From an uncultured Clostridia bacterium (lineage in GTDB: Bacteria; Bacillota; Clostridia; UBA1381), in the NCBI GenBank assembly GCA_947585795.1, contig CANPXG010000003.1:6171-70170 (forward strand): a stretch of 64,000 nt of DNA, given 5' to 3'. Below the pieces are notes generated by a model. That model saw only the letters and a program-made list of their open reading frames with translations, did not search any database and was not told where the DNA came from. Positions 8,978 to 18,980 of the stretch are shown here, in pieces. A program made the translations under genes and the position numbers. Position 1 is the stretch's first letter. Each line of letters opens with the position of its first letter.

Positions 8978-10525
8978 TTAATGCTTTTCTACCTGTAATA
9001 TTTGCCGCAGCGCGCAGGGAATGTTCTCCATGACGCTCGTCGCGGTGACCGATTCTTCACCGTATTTCCGTTTCGCGATGTCACCCGCCGTGCCGTGTAT
9101 ATACACAGCCATTGCCGCGGCTTTCGTTTCGTTTATGCCGCGGGCAGCCATTGACGCGGTTATTCCCGCCAGCACGTCGCCGCTGCCGCCCGTCGCAAGG
9201 CCCGGGTTGCCTGTAATATTAATATATTGCTCTCCGTCCTGACCTGTGACTACCGTGTGATGTCCCTTCAATATGAGGGTCACCCCGTACTCCTCCGCGA
9301 ATTCCTTGGAAACCATAAGTCTGTTTTCCTCGATATATTCCGCGTCAAGTCCCGTAAGACGCGACATTTCAGCCGTGTGCGGCGTGAATATGACGGGACA
9401 CGTGCAGTCGCTTAAAACGTCCATATTCTGCGCGACGGCGTTTATTCCGTCCGCGTCGATTATTACGGGCACGCCCGACGCTTCAAGCACCGCTTTTATG
9501 ACCTTCGCCGCGTCGGAGCTTCTTCCAAGCCCCGGTCCTATGAGCACCGCGTCCGCGCCCTCGAGCTTTTTAAGTACAGCCTCACACGCGTCGGAGCTTA
9601 TATGACCGTATATGTCGGCTACGGGCATCGTCATGACCTCCGTTGTTTTCGCCTCCATAGCCGCGTTTAACGAGGCGGGGAGCGCAAGCGTTACAAGTCC
9701 GCTGCCAGATATTACGGCGGACTGTGACGATAGGTAAGCGGCTCCCGAAAGTCCTTCGCTTCCCGCGACGACGAGTACCTTGCCGTAATCGCCCTTATGC
9801 GAATTGTCGGCGCGGCGCGGCAAATTTTCACGGACAAGGCTGTCGTCCGTAACGTTTATGCAAAGCCCCTGTCCCTCGATTATGTGATCGGGTATGGAAA
9901 TGTCGGCGACGGTCACCTCGCCCACGAAGTCCGCGGCGGGAAACATCAGCATGCCGACCTTGTACGCGGCGAATGTGACCGTTTTATGCGCCTTAACGCA
10001 TATGCCGCATATCTCGCCGCTGTCGCTGTTTATGCCGCTTGGCACGTCTACCGACAGCGTGTAGGACGAGTTTTCGTTTATCTCGCTTATTACGTCGTAG
10101 CTTATTCCGTCTATCATGCCGTGGATGCCCGTTCCGTATATCGCGTCCACGACAATATCGTTGGAGCGTATGATGTATTTAAGGTTTTCCGTATCGGAAA
10201 TAACGTCGGTGTTGACGCTCATTTTCTTTATAATGTCGAAGTTTACCTTCGCGTCGCCCTTAAACTCGTTTCCGCAAACGAGGTAGACGGAAACGTCCGC
10301 GCCAAGGTTATGCAGGTGGCGCGCCGCCGCGAAGCCGTCGCCGCCGTTGTTGCCTTTGCCGCAGAAAACGGCTATGCGCTTATTTTTCACGCTGCCGAAG
10401 TCCTTCTCAAGTTCCCTGACGCATGCGATCGCCGCGTTTTCCATGAGCACGATGCTCGGTATTCCGCCCTGCTCGCTCGCCGCCCTGTCAACCTCGCGCA
10501 TCTCCTGCGCAAAACACGCTTTCAT
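8978..10525 (-). CDS. nnrD: Bifunctional NAD(P)H-hydrate epimerase/dehydratase
   Basis: LMENA, GKGNNGGDG, HKGDYG, TPHxxEM, GGSGDVLAG; RBS GAAAGG supports the start at MKACF. Confidence 0.95.
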   Translation of the reverse strand: MKACFAQEMREVDRAASEQGGIPSIVLMENAAIACVRELEKDFGSVKNKRIAVFCGKGNNGGDGFAAARHLHNLGADVSVYLVCGNEFKGDAKVNFDIIKKMSVNTDVISDTENLKYIIRSNDIVVDAIYGTGIHGMIDGISYDVISEINENSSYTLSVDVPSGINSDSGEICGICVKAHKTVTFAAYKVGMLMFPAADFVGEVTVADISIPDHIIEGQGLCINVTDDSLVRENLPRRADNSHKGDYGKVLVVAGSEGLSGAAYLSSQSAVISGSGLVTLALPASLNAAMEAKTTEVMTMPVADIYGHISSDACEAVLKKLEGADAVLIGPGLGRSSDAAKVIKAVLEASGVPVIIDADGINAVAQNMDVLSDCTCPVIFTPHTAEMSRLTGLDAEYIEENRLMVSKEFAEEYGVTLILKGHHTVVTGQDGEQYINITGNPGLATGGSGDVLAGITASMAARGINETKAAAMAVYIHGTAGDIAKRKYGEESVTATSVMENIPCALRQILQVEKH

Positions 10526-10562
10526 ATATAAGCCGCCTTTCTCAAACAAAAAATCGTAGCCG

Positions 10563-11132
10563 TCACTCCGTCACAAAAATATTTCTCGGGTTGTAGCGCT
10601 TCGCGGAGCTTATCATCTTGTACGTCGGCTGGAAAAGTACCCTCGACGTGCCGTTTTCCTCGGGGAAGTCCGCGTAATAAATGTTTGTCGCCGACGGATC
10701 TCCGACGAGGTTGTATACCTTCGCGGGAGTTACGTTTTTGTAGTCGTGGTTGTGGTCGCTGTCGTTTATGTTGGCGCAGACGGTCACGTCCTTGAAGTCG
10801 AAACCGACTATGTGCTTTCTGCCCTTTTTGGACATTATCTTGTCAAGGTCTATCTCGCTGTTGGTCAATATATATTCGTACTCGATGTTCTGCATGCTTA
10901 TGAGCAGGTACGCGCCGTACCACATCAGCGCGATGAGTACGAAGCCTATGCTGAACGAGAACGAGCCGAGCTGTGTGCCGGCAAGGTAAAGCGCCAAGCC
11001 GTAAATAAACGCAAGCATCGCAAGTGAAAGCAGCACGGCGCACGCGATTATAAGCGCTATCAGCGCCTTCTGTGACGCGCTTTTCTTTTTCTTTACCATG
11101 TACTCCAAATAAATATCGTCCATCATGATCAT
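10563..11132 (-). CDS. Conserved membrane protein (DUF6106-like)
   Basis: E-x-MVKKK N-terminus, two TM helices, IEYEYILTNSEIDLDKI motif. Confidence 0.7.
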   Translation of the reverse strand: MIMMDDIYLEYMVKKKKSASQKALIALIIACAVLLSLAMLAFIYGLALYLAGTQLGSFSFSIGFVLIALMWYGAYLLISMQNIEYEYILTNSEIDLDKIMSKKGRKHIVGFDFKDVTVCANINDSDHNHDYKNVTPAKVYNLVGDPSATNIYYADFPEENGTSRVLFQPTYKMISSAKRYNPRNIFVTE

Positions 11133-11719
11133 CTTACCTCCAACATCTTAAGCTTTTCGTACAGATTTTTAAGCGCCCGTCCTCTGTGGCTGACGCTGTT
11201 TTTTTCTTCGTCGCTCGCCGCGGCGAAAGTTTTTTTGAGTTCCGTGCAGTAGAATATGGGATCGTAGCCGAAACCGTTTTCGCCCTCGGGCGCGTCGGTT
11301 ATAACGCCATGAACCTCGCCCGAGGCGGTGATCTCGCGTCCGTTCGGGAATATGAACGCGACGGATGTGACAAATTTCGCGTTTCTGTCCGTCTTGCCGT
11401 CCATTTCGGTAAGGAGTTTGTTTATCCTGTCGCTGTCCGTGGCGCCGTCGCCGGCGTATCGTGAGCTTCGTACTCCCGGCGCGCCGCCCAAGCAATCGAC
11501 GCAAAGTCCGCTGTCGTCGGCAAGTACGGGGTAGTCGCAAATCATCGCCACCGCGCGCGCTTTTATGAGCGCGTTTCGCTCAAAGGTGTCGCCCGTTTCC
11601 TCCGCGTCCACGTCTATGCCTATCTCCTGCTGTGATATTATCTCGATGTCCAAGGGTGACAGTATTTCCTGCATTTCCCTGATTTTTCCCTTGTTTTTTG
11701 TAGCCGCTATTACTTTCAT
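11129..11719 (-). CDS. rdgB: XTP/dITP diphosphatase (HAM1/RdgB)
   Basis: ATKNKGK, ADDSGL, GFGYDPIF, SHRGRA. Confidence 0.96.
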   Translation of the reverse strand: MKVIAATKNKGKIREMQEILSPLDIEIISQQEIGIDVDAEETGDTFERNALIKARAVAMICDYPVLADDSGLCVDCLGGAPGVRSSRYAGDGATDSDRINKLLTEMDGKTDRNAKFVTSVAFIFPNGREITASGEVHGVITDAPEGENGFGYDPIFYCTELKKTFAAASDEEKNSVSHRGRALKNLYEKLKMLEVR

Positions 11720-11871
11720 ACGCAATTCTCCGTTTGTAAATTTATTTCTTTGAATATTGTACTACATATGGGAGGTTTTTTCAAGTATAAAAAAAGAAAC
11801 GAAAACCGTTTTTGGGTGAAAACGATATAAAAAAGGCGGGAGGTAAGTCCCGCCGTGAATAATATTTGTGT

Positions 11872-14256
11872 TTAAAGCGCGTCGTAGAGGCGCATTATGG
11901 TTGAAATCGACTGTTCGTTCGTGTAATTTGATTTGGGTGAGAACGCGTCGTTTCCGATGCCGGTCATTATGCCCAGGGCGTTCGTTTCGTAGACCGCGTC
12001 CTTCGCCCACTCGCCTATTTGCGCGTCGTCGGCGTACTTGTAAGCGTTTTGCGGCGTGCCGTTTTTAAGTCCCATGTACCGCGCCGCGTTGTCGAGAAGC
12101 ATTGCCGCTTCCTCGCGCGTTATGGGATTTTGCGGCGCGAACGTGTACTCATCGTAGCCCGATATTATATTTGCGTTCCAAAGTCTTGAAACATTTTCAC
12201 TGTCGGTGTCGGTGAACGTCATGTCGCCCGCCTCGGGAAGCAGTCCTTTTATTTTGAGCATGTTCGCGAGCACGTCGCAAAACATTTCGCGCGTCATGTT
12301 GTCGGTGTAAACGATCTTGTCCTTCTGTTTGTACGGCGCGGCTCCTATCTCGAACGCGCGCGTCACGTCCTCCTGTGCCCACGGCGACGGCTTCGACGCG
12401 TTGAACGTCACTTCGGGAAGCGGCATGCGTCCGCCGTACGGCTCCCATTCCTTGCCGTCGGTCGTTCTGAAGTGGTTGCCGTCCGCGTCCTCGACGTAGT
12501 AGTAACCGTCATAGAACATGGCAAGTCTTGCAATTTTTGAGGGCGTGTATCGGTCAAGTATTTTGAAGTCCTTGTCGAGGAAGTAGATGTTCTTCACGAA
12601 GTCCCAGCGGCTGCCGCAATAGTACGGGCTTCCGTCCCACGCTATCCAGCGCATTACGTATCCCGTGTCGGTTTCGACAAATTCAAAGCAGTCGTAGTCG
12701 CCGTCTATTATCTCCTTTACCTCGTCGGGGAGTTTATCCTTTACCTCGCTCGCGATGATGCCGCGCGACATAGGTCCCTCGGCGGCTCTCACGTCGTTTA
12801 AAAAGTCCTCGTATGTTCTGCCGGTATGCTTTTCGCTCGATATTTGGAAGGAGTTGCGTATTCCGCCGTAGTAATTTATCGGGAGTACGAGGTTAAAGGA
12901 AAATTCCTTTTCTTCGCCCGCGGGTATCAGAACGCTCGCCATGACTTCTCTTGGCGCGTCGCCCTTTTCGCCCTTAAAAATACCGCTGTGCTTTCCTTCT
13001 TCGTCCTCGACAAATACGGCTACATTTGAGCTTGTTTGAACAAGGTATTCAAAATATTTGTCCTCTTTCGTGATGTTCTTCACTTTTAAATTATAACATT
13101 CCGTCACGCCGTAGTTGCCCATGCTGCAAGCGAAGCCTTGGTTACTGCGTCTTTCGGACAGCGCGTAATTCGGCACGTAGTCGTTCGCCGTGTACCACGT
13201 CATCTCGCCTTCGTAGTACGTGGTGTCGCTGTGGAACGGATCGAACTGCCACACATTGTCCTTTTTCTTGCTCTTTACGGACGAGCCATAATAGGTGAGC
13301 TTGGAGTCATCCGTGTACTTATAGTGCAAAAGGTCGGACTCCACAGCCGTTGTCTTTGACCATAAATCGTCCTGCGGATTTAAGTGGGTGCACCAAGAGT
13401 CCGTGACGTTTCCCTCGGGCTTGTACTGGTTAAACACCTTATTGTAAACGAGGTCGCCGTCCTTGTAGGAATAGTCTATCGTGTATTCAAGGTCGACGTT
13501 TACCTTGGGAAGCGAATCCGCGATACCCTTCTGGGCGCGGTCGTAGGCGTACTCGCCGAATTTCGCGTCGGGAGTGAAGGAGCTTCTGTCGCCCACCTCG
13601 TCGCCCGATTTAAAGGCGGCGACGTTAAAGTTCATTTTGCCCGAATTTATCGCGATCTCGCCCATTATCTGCACGGGTTTGCCCCAGTTTACGGGTCTGT
13701 AACCGTCCATGTATGAGCTGAGCCATACCGTTTCACCCTTTTTTATTTCGAGCGTCACGGCTTCGTAGGGCTGCGCCTCGTACAGACACGCGCCGTTCAT
13801 TTCCGCAAAGTTTACGCCCAAAAACGACGTAAGTCCGTTAAGGCAGCCCGCCTTGTTCATGACCTTCGCCCATGTTCCGTCGCTGTAGATATACGCGTCG
13901 TCGAGAGGCGTTTCAAAAAACGCCTTGTTTATCGTTATTTCGCTGTCCTCAACAGCCGTGAGCTCTATGTCAAGCTCGATATTGTAACCTTTTCCGTAGC
14001 CGTCGTCGGTGTCAGTCGCGTTTATGTGGCACAGAAGAAAATCGTATATATCCGGCTCAAGATTTTCGTTGTTCATTATGTATGACGGCGGCTCGTCGTC
14101 ACTGTTCATGAGGTTGCGGTTTTTTATATCCTCGGGATTGTTACAGTAGATCCACTTTCCGCCGCCCTCCGGCGTGAACGTCATATCAGCCGCGAGCGCG
14201 CTTATCCCGGCGCATACGGCGCACAGCGCCGCAAGTATTGCAATTACCTTTTTCAA
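11872..14256 (-). CDS. Secreted S-layer homology (SLH) domain protein with uncharacterised N-terminal region
   Basis: Signal peptide MKKVIAILAALC...ALA; C-terminal SLH repeats (ISGYDEYTFAPQNPITREE, GIMTGIGNDAFSPKSNYTNEQ). Confidence 0.85.
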   Translation of the reverse strand: MKKVIAILAALCAVCAGISALAADMTFTPEGGGKWIYCNNPEDIKNRNLMNSDDEPPSYIMNNENLEPDIYDFLLCHINATDTDDGYGKGYNIELDIELTAVEDSEITINKAFFETPLDDAYIYSDGTWAKVMNKAGCLNGLTSFLGVNFAEMNGACLYEAQPYEAVTLEIKKGETVWLSSYMDGYRPVNWGKPVQIMGEIAINSGKMNFNVAAFKSGDEVGDRSSFTPDAKFGEYAYDRAQKGIADSLPKVNVDLEYTIDYSYKDGDLVYNKVFNQYKPEGNVTDSWCTHLNPQDDLWSKTTAVESDLLHYKYTDDSKLTYYGSSVKSKKKDNVWQFDPFHSDTTYYEGEMTWYTANDYVPNYALSERRSNQGFACSMGNYGVTECYNLKVKNITKEDKYFEYLVQTSSNVAVFVEDEEGKHSGIFKGEKGDAPREVMASVLIPAGEEKEFSFNLVLPINYYGGIRNSFQISSEKHTGRTYEDFLNDVRAAEGPMSRGIIASEVKDKLPDEVKEIIDGDYDCFEFVETDTGYVMRWIAWDGSPYYCGSRWDFVKNIYFLDKDFKILDRYTPSKIARLAMFYDGYYYVEDADGNHFRTTDGKEWEPYGGRMPLPEVTFNASKPSPWAQEDVTRAFEIGAAPYKQKDKIVYTDNMTREMFCDVLANMLKIKGLLPEAGDMTFTDTDSENVSRLWNANIISGYDEYTFAPQNPITREEAAMLLDNAARYMGLKNGTPQNAYKYADDAQIGEWAKDAVYETNALGIMTGIGNDAFSPKSNYTNEQSISTIMRLYDAL

Positions 14257-14271
14257 AATGTTGTCCTCCCC

Positions 14272-14907
14272 TTATCCTTTATTGGGCTCGCCTTCGCTGT
14301 CCGCTTCGTAAGGAAACAGTTCCCCGGCGCGCATCATTTCAATCATGTCCCATACGGAATACTTACCCTCGTCGTCATTTATAGTGAACGGCACCAAAAT
14401 ATCGTCCTCGCCCATTTCAAGCGTTTCCCATATACGCTCCAAATTCGGCTCTATCTCTTTCTTCTTGAGCTTATCCATCTTCGTCGCCACGACGATGAGG
14501 TTGTCGTGATAGTGGCGTATCCACTCCGCCATCTGCAAGTCGTCCGCGGTGGGTTTATGGCGGCTGTCAACGAGCAGGATCGTCTGCACAAGCGTTTCGC
14601 GCGACGAAAGATAGTCCTCCATCATTTTGCCCCACTTTTCCGTTTCGCTTTTCGAGCGCTGCGCGTAGCCGTAGCCCGGCAGGTCTACAAGGTAGATCGT
14701 ATCGTCTATATTGTAAAAGTTTATAGTCGCGGTCTTACCCGGAGTGGACGATACGCGCGCAAGTGATTTTCTGTTTAAAAGCTTGTTTATAAGCGACGAT
14801 TTGCCAACGTTTGAGCGTCCCGCGAACGCAAATTCCATATAACCCGTCGTCGGATACTGGTTGGGACGCACGGCGCTGACGGTCAGGCTTGCGTTATGTA
14901 TGTTCAT
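14272..14907 (-). CDS. engB: Ribosome biogenesis GTPase YsxC/EngB
   Basis: GRSNVGKSS, DLPGYG, TKMDK; downstream of lon. Confidence 0.96.
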   Translation of the reverse strand: MNIHNASLTVSAVRPNQYPTTGYMEFAFAGRSNVGKSSLINKLLNRKSLARVSSTPGKTATINFYNIDDTIYLVDLPGYGYAQRSKSETEKWGKMMEDYLSSRETLVQTILLVDSRHKPTADDLQMAEWIRHYHDNLIVVATKMDKLKKKEIEPNLERIWETLEMGEDDILVPFTINDDEGKYSVWDMIEMMRAGELFPYEADSEGEPNKG

Positions 14908-14919
14908 GCGTTATCCTCC

Positions 14920-17229
14920 TTATCTCAAAGCGTTCCTCAGCACCGTGTCCATACTGCTCACGGGTATAAAGTTCAGCTTATCGCGTATTTCTCTCGGCAC
15001 ATCGTCTATGTCGGGCTTGTTTTCCTCCGGTATTATTATATCGGTTATGCCCGCGCGGTATGCCGCGAGCGACTTCTCTTTAAGTCCGCCTATCGGCAGG
15101 ACGCGTCCGCGAAGCGTTATCTCGCCCGTCATTGCTATGTCGTTTCTGACGGGGCTTTCCGTAAGCGCCGACACGACCGCCGTCGCCATTGTGATACCCG
15201 CCGACGGTCCGTCCTTCGGTACCGCGCCCTCGGGCACGTGTATGTGTATATCCTTCGTCTTGTGAAAGGTTTCGCTTATGCCGAGCGCCTTTGAGTTGGC
15301 GCGTATGTAGCTTATAGCGGCGCTCGCGCTCTCCTTCATCACGTCGCCGAGTTTGCCGGTAAGCTCTACCTTGCCGCTGCCCGGCATTACGCTTACCTCT
15401 ACAGACAGCGTTTCGCCGCCCACCGACGTCCACGCAAGTCCTCGCGCAACGCCGACCTCGTCGTGCTCGTTCATCGCGTCGAAGTGATAACGTTCCTTGC
15501 CCAAGTAGTCCTCGAGGTTTTTTGAGGTTATCCTCACCGATTTTTTGTTCGTTTCAAGAAGCTGTTTCGCCGCCTTTCGGCATATCTTTCCTATGCTTTG
15601 CTCCAGCTTTCTCACGCCCGCCTCGCGCGTGTAGCAGTCGATAATGCGCTTTATCGCGGCGTCGGCTATGTTTATCTGCGAAGGTTTAAGACCGTTGTTC
15701 TTTACAGCCTTTTTTACGAGGTAGTCTTTGGCTATATGAAATTTTTCGCTGCTCGTGTAACCCGAAAGCTTTATTACCTCCATACGGTCAAGCAGCGGTC
15801 TTGATACGGTGTCGAGCGTGTTCGCCGTCGTTATAAACAGCACTTTCGACAAGTCGAACGGTACTTCTATGTAGTGGTCGCGGAACGCGGCGTTTTGCTC
15901 GTAGTCAAGCACCTCCAACAGTGCCGCCGACGGATCGCCCTTGTAGTCCGCACCCATCTTGTCTATCTCGTCAAGGAGTATAAGCGGATTTTTGGTTTTC
16001 GCTTCCTTCATCGCCGCCATTATTCTGCCTTCCATAGCGCCGATGTACGTCTTTCTGTGACCGCGTATGTCGCTTTCGTCGTGTATGCCGCCGAGTGAGA
16101 TCCTTACGTACTTTCTGCCAAGCGCCCTCGCGACGGATTTCGCGACCGACGTTTTGCCGACGCCCGGAGGTCCGGCAAGACAGAGTATCGCGCTGCTTTT
16201 GCCTTCGGTGAGGCGGCGTACCGCAAGGTATTCCAAGATCCTTTCCTTTACTTTTTCAAGTCCGTAGTGGTCTTCCTCCAAAATCTGCTCCGCTTTCTTT
16301 ATGTCAAAGTCCTCTTTCGTGCTCTTGTTCCACGGCAGGTCGAGCACGGTGTCGAGGTAAGTGCGTATGACCGCGCTTTCAGCCGTGCTTGCGGGCATTT
16401 TCGAGAAGCGGTCGGCTTCTTTTAAAAGCTTTTCCTTCGTGTCCTTCGGAGCTTTGAGTTTGTTTATCTTTTTTATGTACTCGTCGGTTTCCTCTTTCAC
16501 TCCGTCGCCGTCGCCCAATTCCTCCTGTATTACGTGCAGCTGTTCGCGAAGGTAGTACTCGCGCTGGTTCCTGTCGACGCGTTCCTTTACCTTTTGAGCT
16601 ATTTGTCGCTCTATTTTCAGTACTTCGAGCTGATTTTGTATGTAAATTATAAGCTGCTCCACCCTTTTGGAAACATCGGTTTCGTCAAGCAGGCTCTGTT
16701 TGCTCGCTACGTCGAGCTCCACCTCGGCGGCTACCGTGTCGCACAGCTCGCCCAAGTCGTAGACGGACATTACGCGCATGAAATTGTCGGCTGTGAGCTT
16801 AGGGTTCTGTGAAAAGTATTCCTCGTATGCCTTTCGGAGCCTTTTCATGTACGCTTCTCTTACGAGCGCGCTGCCGCCCAAAACGTCGTCGTACTCGATA
16901 ACGCCGGCGCGAAGATAGCCCTTGTCCGCGTAGCATTCCACGATCTCGGCGCGCTTTATTCCGCGTACTATGACGCGCGTAACGCCGCCCGGCATACGCA
17001 TTACTTGCTTTATCACCGCGATAGTGCCCATGACGTACAGGTCGTCAAACGACGGATCCTCTGTGCTTATGTCCTTTTGCGCGGCAAGGAGTACCGTTGA
17101 GTTTTCGGACGCGGCAGCCTCAAGCGCCTTTACAGACACGTCGCGTGCCGCGTCAAAATTCAGCGTCATATGCGGGAAAAGTACCATTCCCCGCATAGGC
17201 ACTACAGGTATATATATACGTTGTTCCAA
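14920..17229 (-). CDS. lon: ATP-dependent protease La
   Basis: GPPGVGKTS, LLDEIDK, PKDGPSAG catalytic Ser, GGLKEK. Confidence 0.97.
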   Translation of the reverse strand: MEQRIYIPVVPMRGMVLFPHMTLNFDAARDVSVKALEAAASENSTVLLAAQKDISTEDPSFDDLYVMGTIAVIKQVMRMPGGVTRVIVRGIKRAEIVECYADKGYLRAGVIEYDDVLGGSALVREAYMKRLRKAYEEYFSQNPKLTADNFMRVMSVYDLGELCDTVAAEVELDVASKQSLLDETDVSKRVEQLIIYIQNQLEVLKIERQIAQKVKERVDRNQREYYLREQLHVIQEELGDGDGVKEETDEYIKKINKLKAPKDTKEKLLKEADRFSKMPASTAESAVIRTYLDTVLDLPWNKSTKEDFDIKKAEQILEEDHYGLEKVKERILEYLAVRRLTEGKSSAILCLAGPPGVGKTSVAKSVARALGRKYVRISLGGIHDESDIRGHRKTYIGAMEGRIMAAMKEAKTKNPLILLDEIDKMGADYKGDPSAALLEVLDYEQNAAFRDHYIEVPFDLSKVLFITTANTLDTVSRPLLDRMEVIKLSGYTSSEKFHIAKDYLVKKAVKNNGLKPSQINIADAAIKRIIDCYTREAGVRKLEQSIGKICRKAAKQLLETNKKSVRITSKNLEDYLGKERYHFDAMNEHDEVGVARGLAWTSVGGETLSVEVSVMPGSGKVELTGKLGDVMKESASAAISYIRANSKALGISETFHKTKDIHIHVPEGAVPKDGPSAGITMATAVVSALTESPVRNDIAMTGEITLRGRVLPIGGLKEKSLAAYRAGITDIIIPEENKPDIDDVPREIRDKLNFIPVSSMDTVLRNALR

Positions 17230-17289
17230 AACAATTTCACCCCTAAAATAATAGTAACATTACTATTATATAATCTTTTTGTCCGTTTT

Positions 17290-18375
17290 TCAACTCTTTT
17301 TTTCCTTTGGTTTTATAACGGATATGTCTATTATCTTTTCTTTGCCGTCAAAATACATTCCGTTTGTGTATCTGCAGGCTCCGAGCGTCCACGCCGCGTC
17401 GTCCGCGCTTATGCGCCGTCTGCCGTCAAGGAATACGGTGTTTTTCGCCATTTGCAGGAGTTTTACCGCGTCGCGTCCGCTTTTCGCGTAGCGCGAAAGT
17501 ATGTTTACCGCGCCGTCGTCTATAAATATATTCAGTTTGTCGGCTGTATTGCGTATTATTTTTTCAATATTTTCACGCGTGAGGGGATCAAAATATATTT
17601 CGACGCACCGTGAGCGTATCGCTTCGGGTATTTCGTCGCTTTTGCGCGTCGTCGCGCCTATAAGGCGGAAGTCGGCGGGGATGCCGTTTTTGAATATGTC
17701 GTGGATGTAGTCGGGGATATTTTTGTTCGCGCGGCTGTAGTACGCGCTTTCAAACATTACGCGTCTGTCCTCGAGTACCTTTAGCAGTTTGTTCATCTGA
17801 CACGCGGGGAGTTCGCCTATCTCGTCGATAAAGAGTACGCCGCCGTGCGCCTTTGATACCGCGCCTTCCTTCGGCTGCGGTATGCCCGCCTGACCGTATG
17901 CGCCCGCGCCCTGATATATGGGGTCGTGTACGGAGCCTATGAGTGGATCGGCGATCGAGCGCTCGTCGTAGCGCATGATCGTCGCGTCGGCTTCGATAAA
18001 TTTCGCGTCGGGTTTAAATGGCGTTCCGTCGCTCTTTTTCGCGTACTCCAACGCGAGCCTTGCCGCCGCGGTTTTGCCCACTCCCGGAGGTCCGTATATC
18101 AGTATGTGCTGAGGGTTTGAGCCGCACAGCGCCGCGCGAAGTGCGCGTATGCCGTCGTCCTGTCCCACTATCTCGTCGATGTTTCGCGGGCGCGCCGTTT
18201 CGGTAAGCGGTTCCGTGAGGGATATTCGCCGCATCGCGCAAAGGTGCTCCCATTCCTTCTTTGAATTTTCCTCAAACGCGCGCGTGTCCGTTTTTTCGCC
18301 GCGCAGTTTCGCGAGGAAGTACATGCCTATGACCAGCGTGAAAAACAGCTGTGTCACCATTATCGCTCCGCCCAT
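17290..18375 (-). CDS. lonB: LonB-like AAA+ ATPase lacking the C-terminal protease domain
   Basis: N-terminal TM (QLFFTLVIGMYF), ISLTEPLTE..RP, GPPGVGKT, ADPLIGSVHDPIYQGAG; ends at about 361 aa; RBS GAAAGGAG. Confidence 0.8.
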   Translation of the reverse strand: MGGAIMVTQLFFTLVIGMYFLAKLRGEKTDTRAFEENSKKEWEHLCAMRRISLTEPLTETARPRNIDEIVGQDDGIRALRAALCGSNPQHILIYGPPGVGKTAAARLALEYAKKSDGTPFKPDAKFIEADATIMRYDERSIADPLIGSVHDPIYQGAGAYGQAGIPQPKEGAVSKAHGGVLFIDEIGELPACQMNKLLKVLEDRRVMFESAYYSRANKNIPDYIHDIFKNGIPADFRLIGATTRKSDEIPEAIRSRCVEIYFDPLTRENIEKIIRNTADKLNIFIDDGAVNILSRYAKSGRDAVKLLQMAKNTVFLDGRRRISADDAAWTLGACRYTNGMYFDGKEKIIDISVIKPKEKKS

Positions 18376-18445
18376 AATTTCACTCCTTTCACTCAATAAT
18401 TTTATTTTTTTCAAAGATGTGTGTATTATTCAGAAAATTTATGTC

Positions 18446-18474
18446 TTTACAAGCTCAGGGATTTATGGTATATT
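18446..18474 (+). promoter_or_regulatory. sigA-type promoter of structured RNA unit 1
   Basis: TTTACA-17-TATATT with extended TG. Confidence 0.6.
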
Positions 18475-18477
18475 ATA

Positions 18478-18696
18478 GTTGCTACAAATTCTTATCACTA
18501 ATTTGTGTATAATTGTGATTTTTTTAATGATACTTCTCAACAAGTTTGCGCTTGTTAAAAAGCGCACGCTTTGATTGTTATTCCTGTTGAGTAGTATTAT
18601 TTCGGCACAAGTGAATAAAGATAAGAATGCGTAGCAACATTTTAAATCAAAGCTGCGTTTTGTGCGCGGCTTTGAAAAAAGCCGCGTATTTTTTTT
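18478..18696 (+). ncRNA. Putative structured RNA/attenuator unit 1
   Basis: GTTGCTAC..ATTCTTATC pairs with GATAAGAAT..GTAGCAAC; long inner stem; followed by terminator TGCGCGGCTTT-GAAA-AAAGCCGCGTA-T8. Confidence 0.55.
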
Positions 18697-18907
18697 GTGC
18701 AGCAGCTTTCGTGAGCGAAGCGAGCAGTCAGCTGCGATGTGTGCAGAAAAGCAAGCCGACGTCGTTACTATTTTGCGTAGCAAAATATGTATGTCGGAGG
18801 CGGTCACGCGCAGCGTGATGCGCTGCACACCTGCACGGAGTGCAGAAAAGCGGCACGCATCTCCCCTTGAGGGGATGCTAACGGGCGACCGTGAAGGTTG
18901 CCCCTAC
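18697..18907. repeat. Composite GC-rich hairpin/REP-like cluster
   Basis: 12-bp direct repeat GTGCAGAAAAGC (18741, 18840); GCGNAGC-capped hairpins; CTCCCCTTGAGGGG; GTAG-type REP at 18882-18907 nearly identical to 36122-36147. Confidence 0.7.
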
Positions 18908-18946
18908 CCAGCGCCTTTTTGATGGTTAAAAAACTTTTCCAAAATG

Positions 18947-18975
18947 TTTACAACCTTCAAAAAGTATGATATAAT
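18947..18975 (+). promoter_or_regulatory. sigA-type promoter of structured RNA unit 2 / LRR gene
   Basis: TTTACA-17-TATAAT with extended TG. Confidence 0.75.
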
Positions 18976-18980
18976 TTTTC

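Noticed and set aside
18463-18922. ORFs 18463-18828(-), 18627-18818(+), 18662-18922(+)
   Set aside because: They run through hairpins, a terminator and repeats; no RBS and no protein-like motifs.
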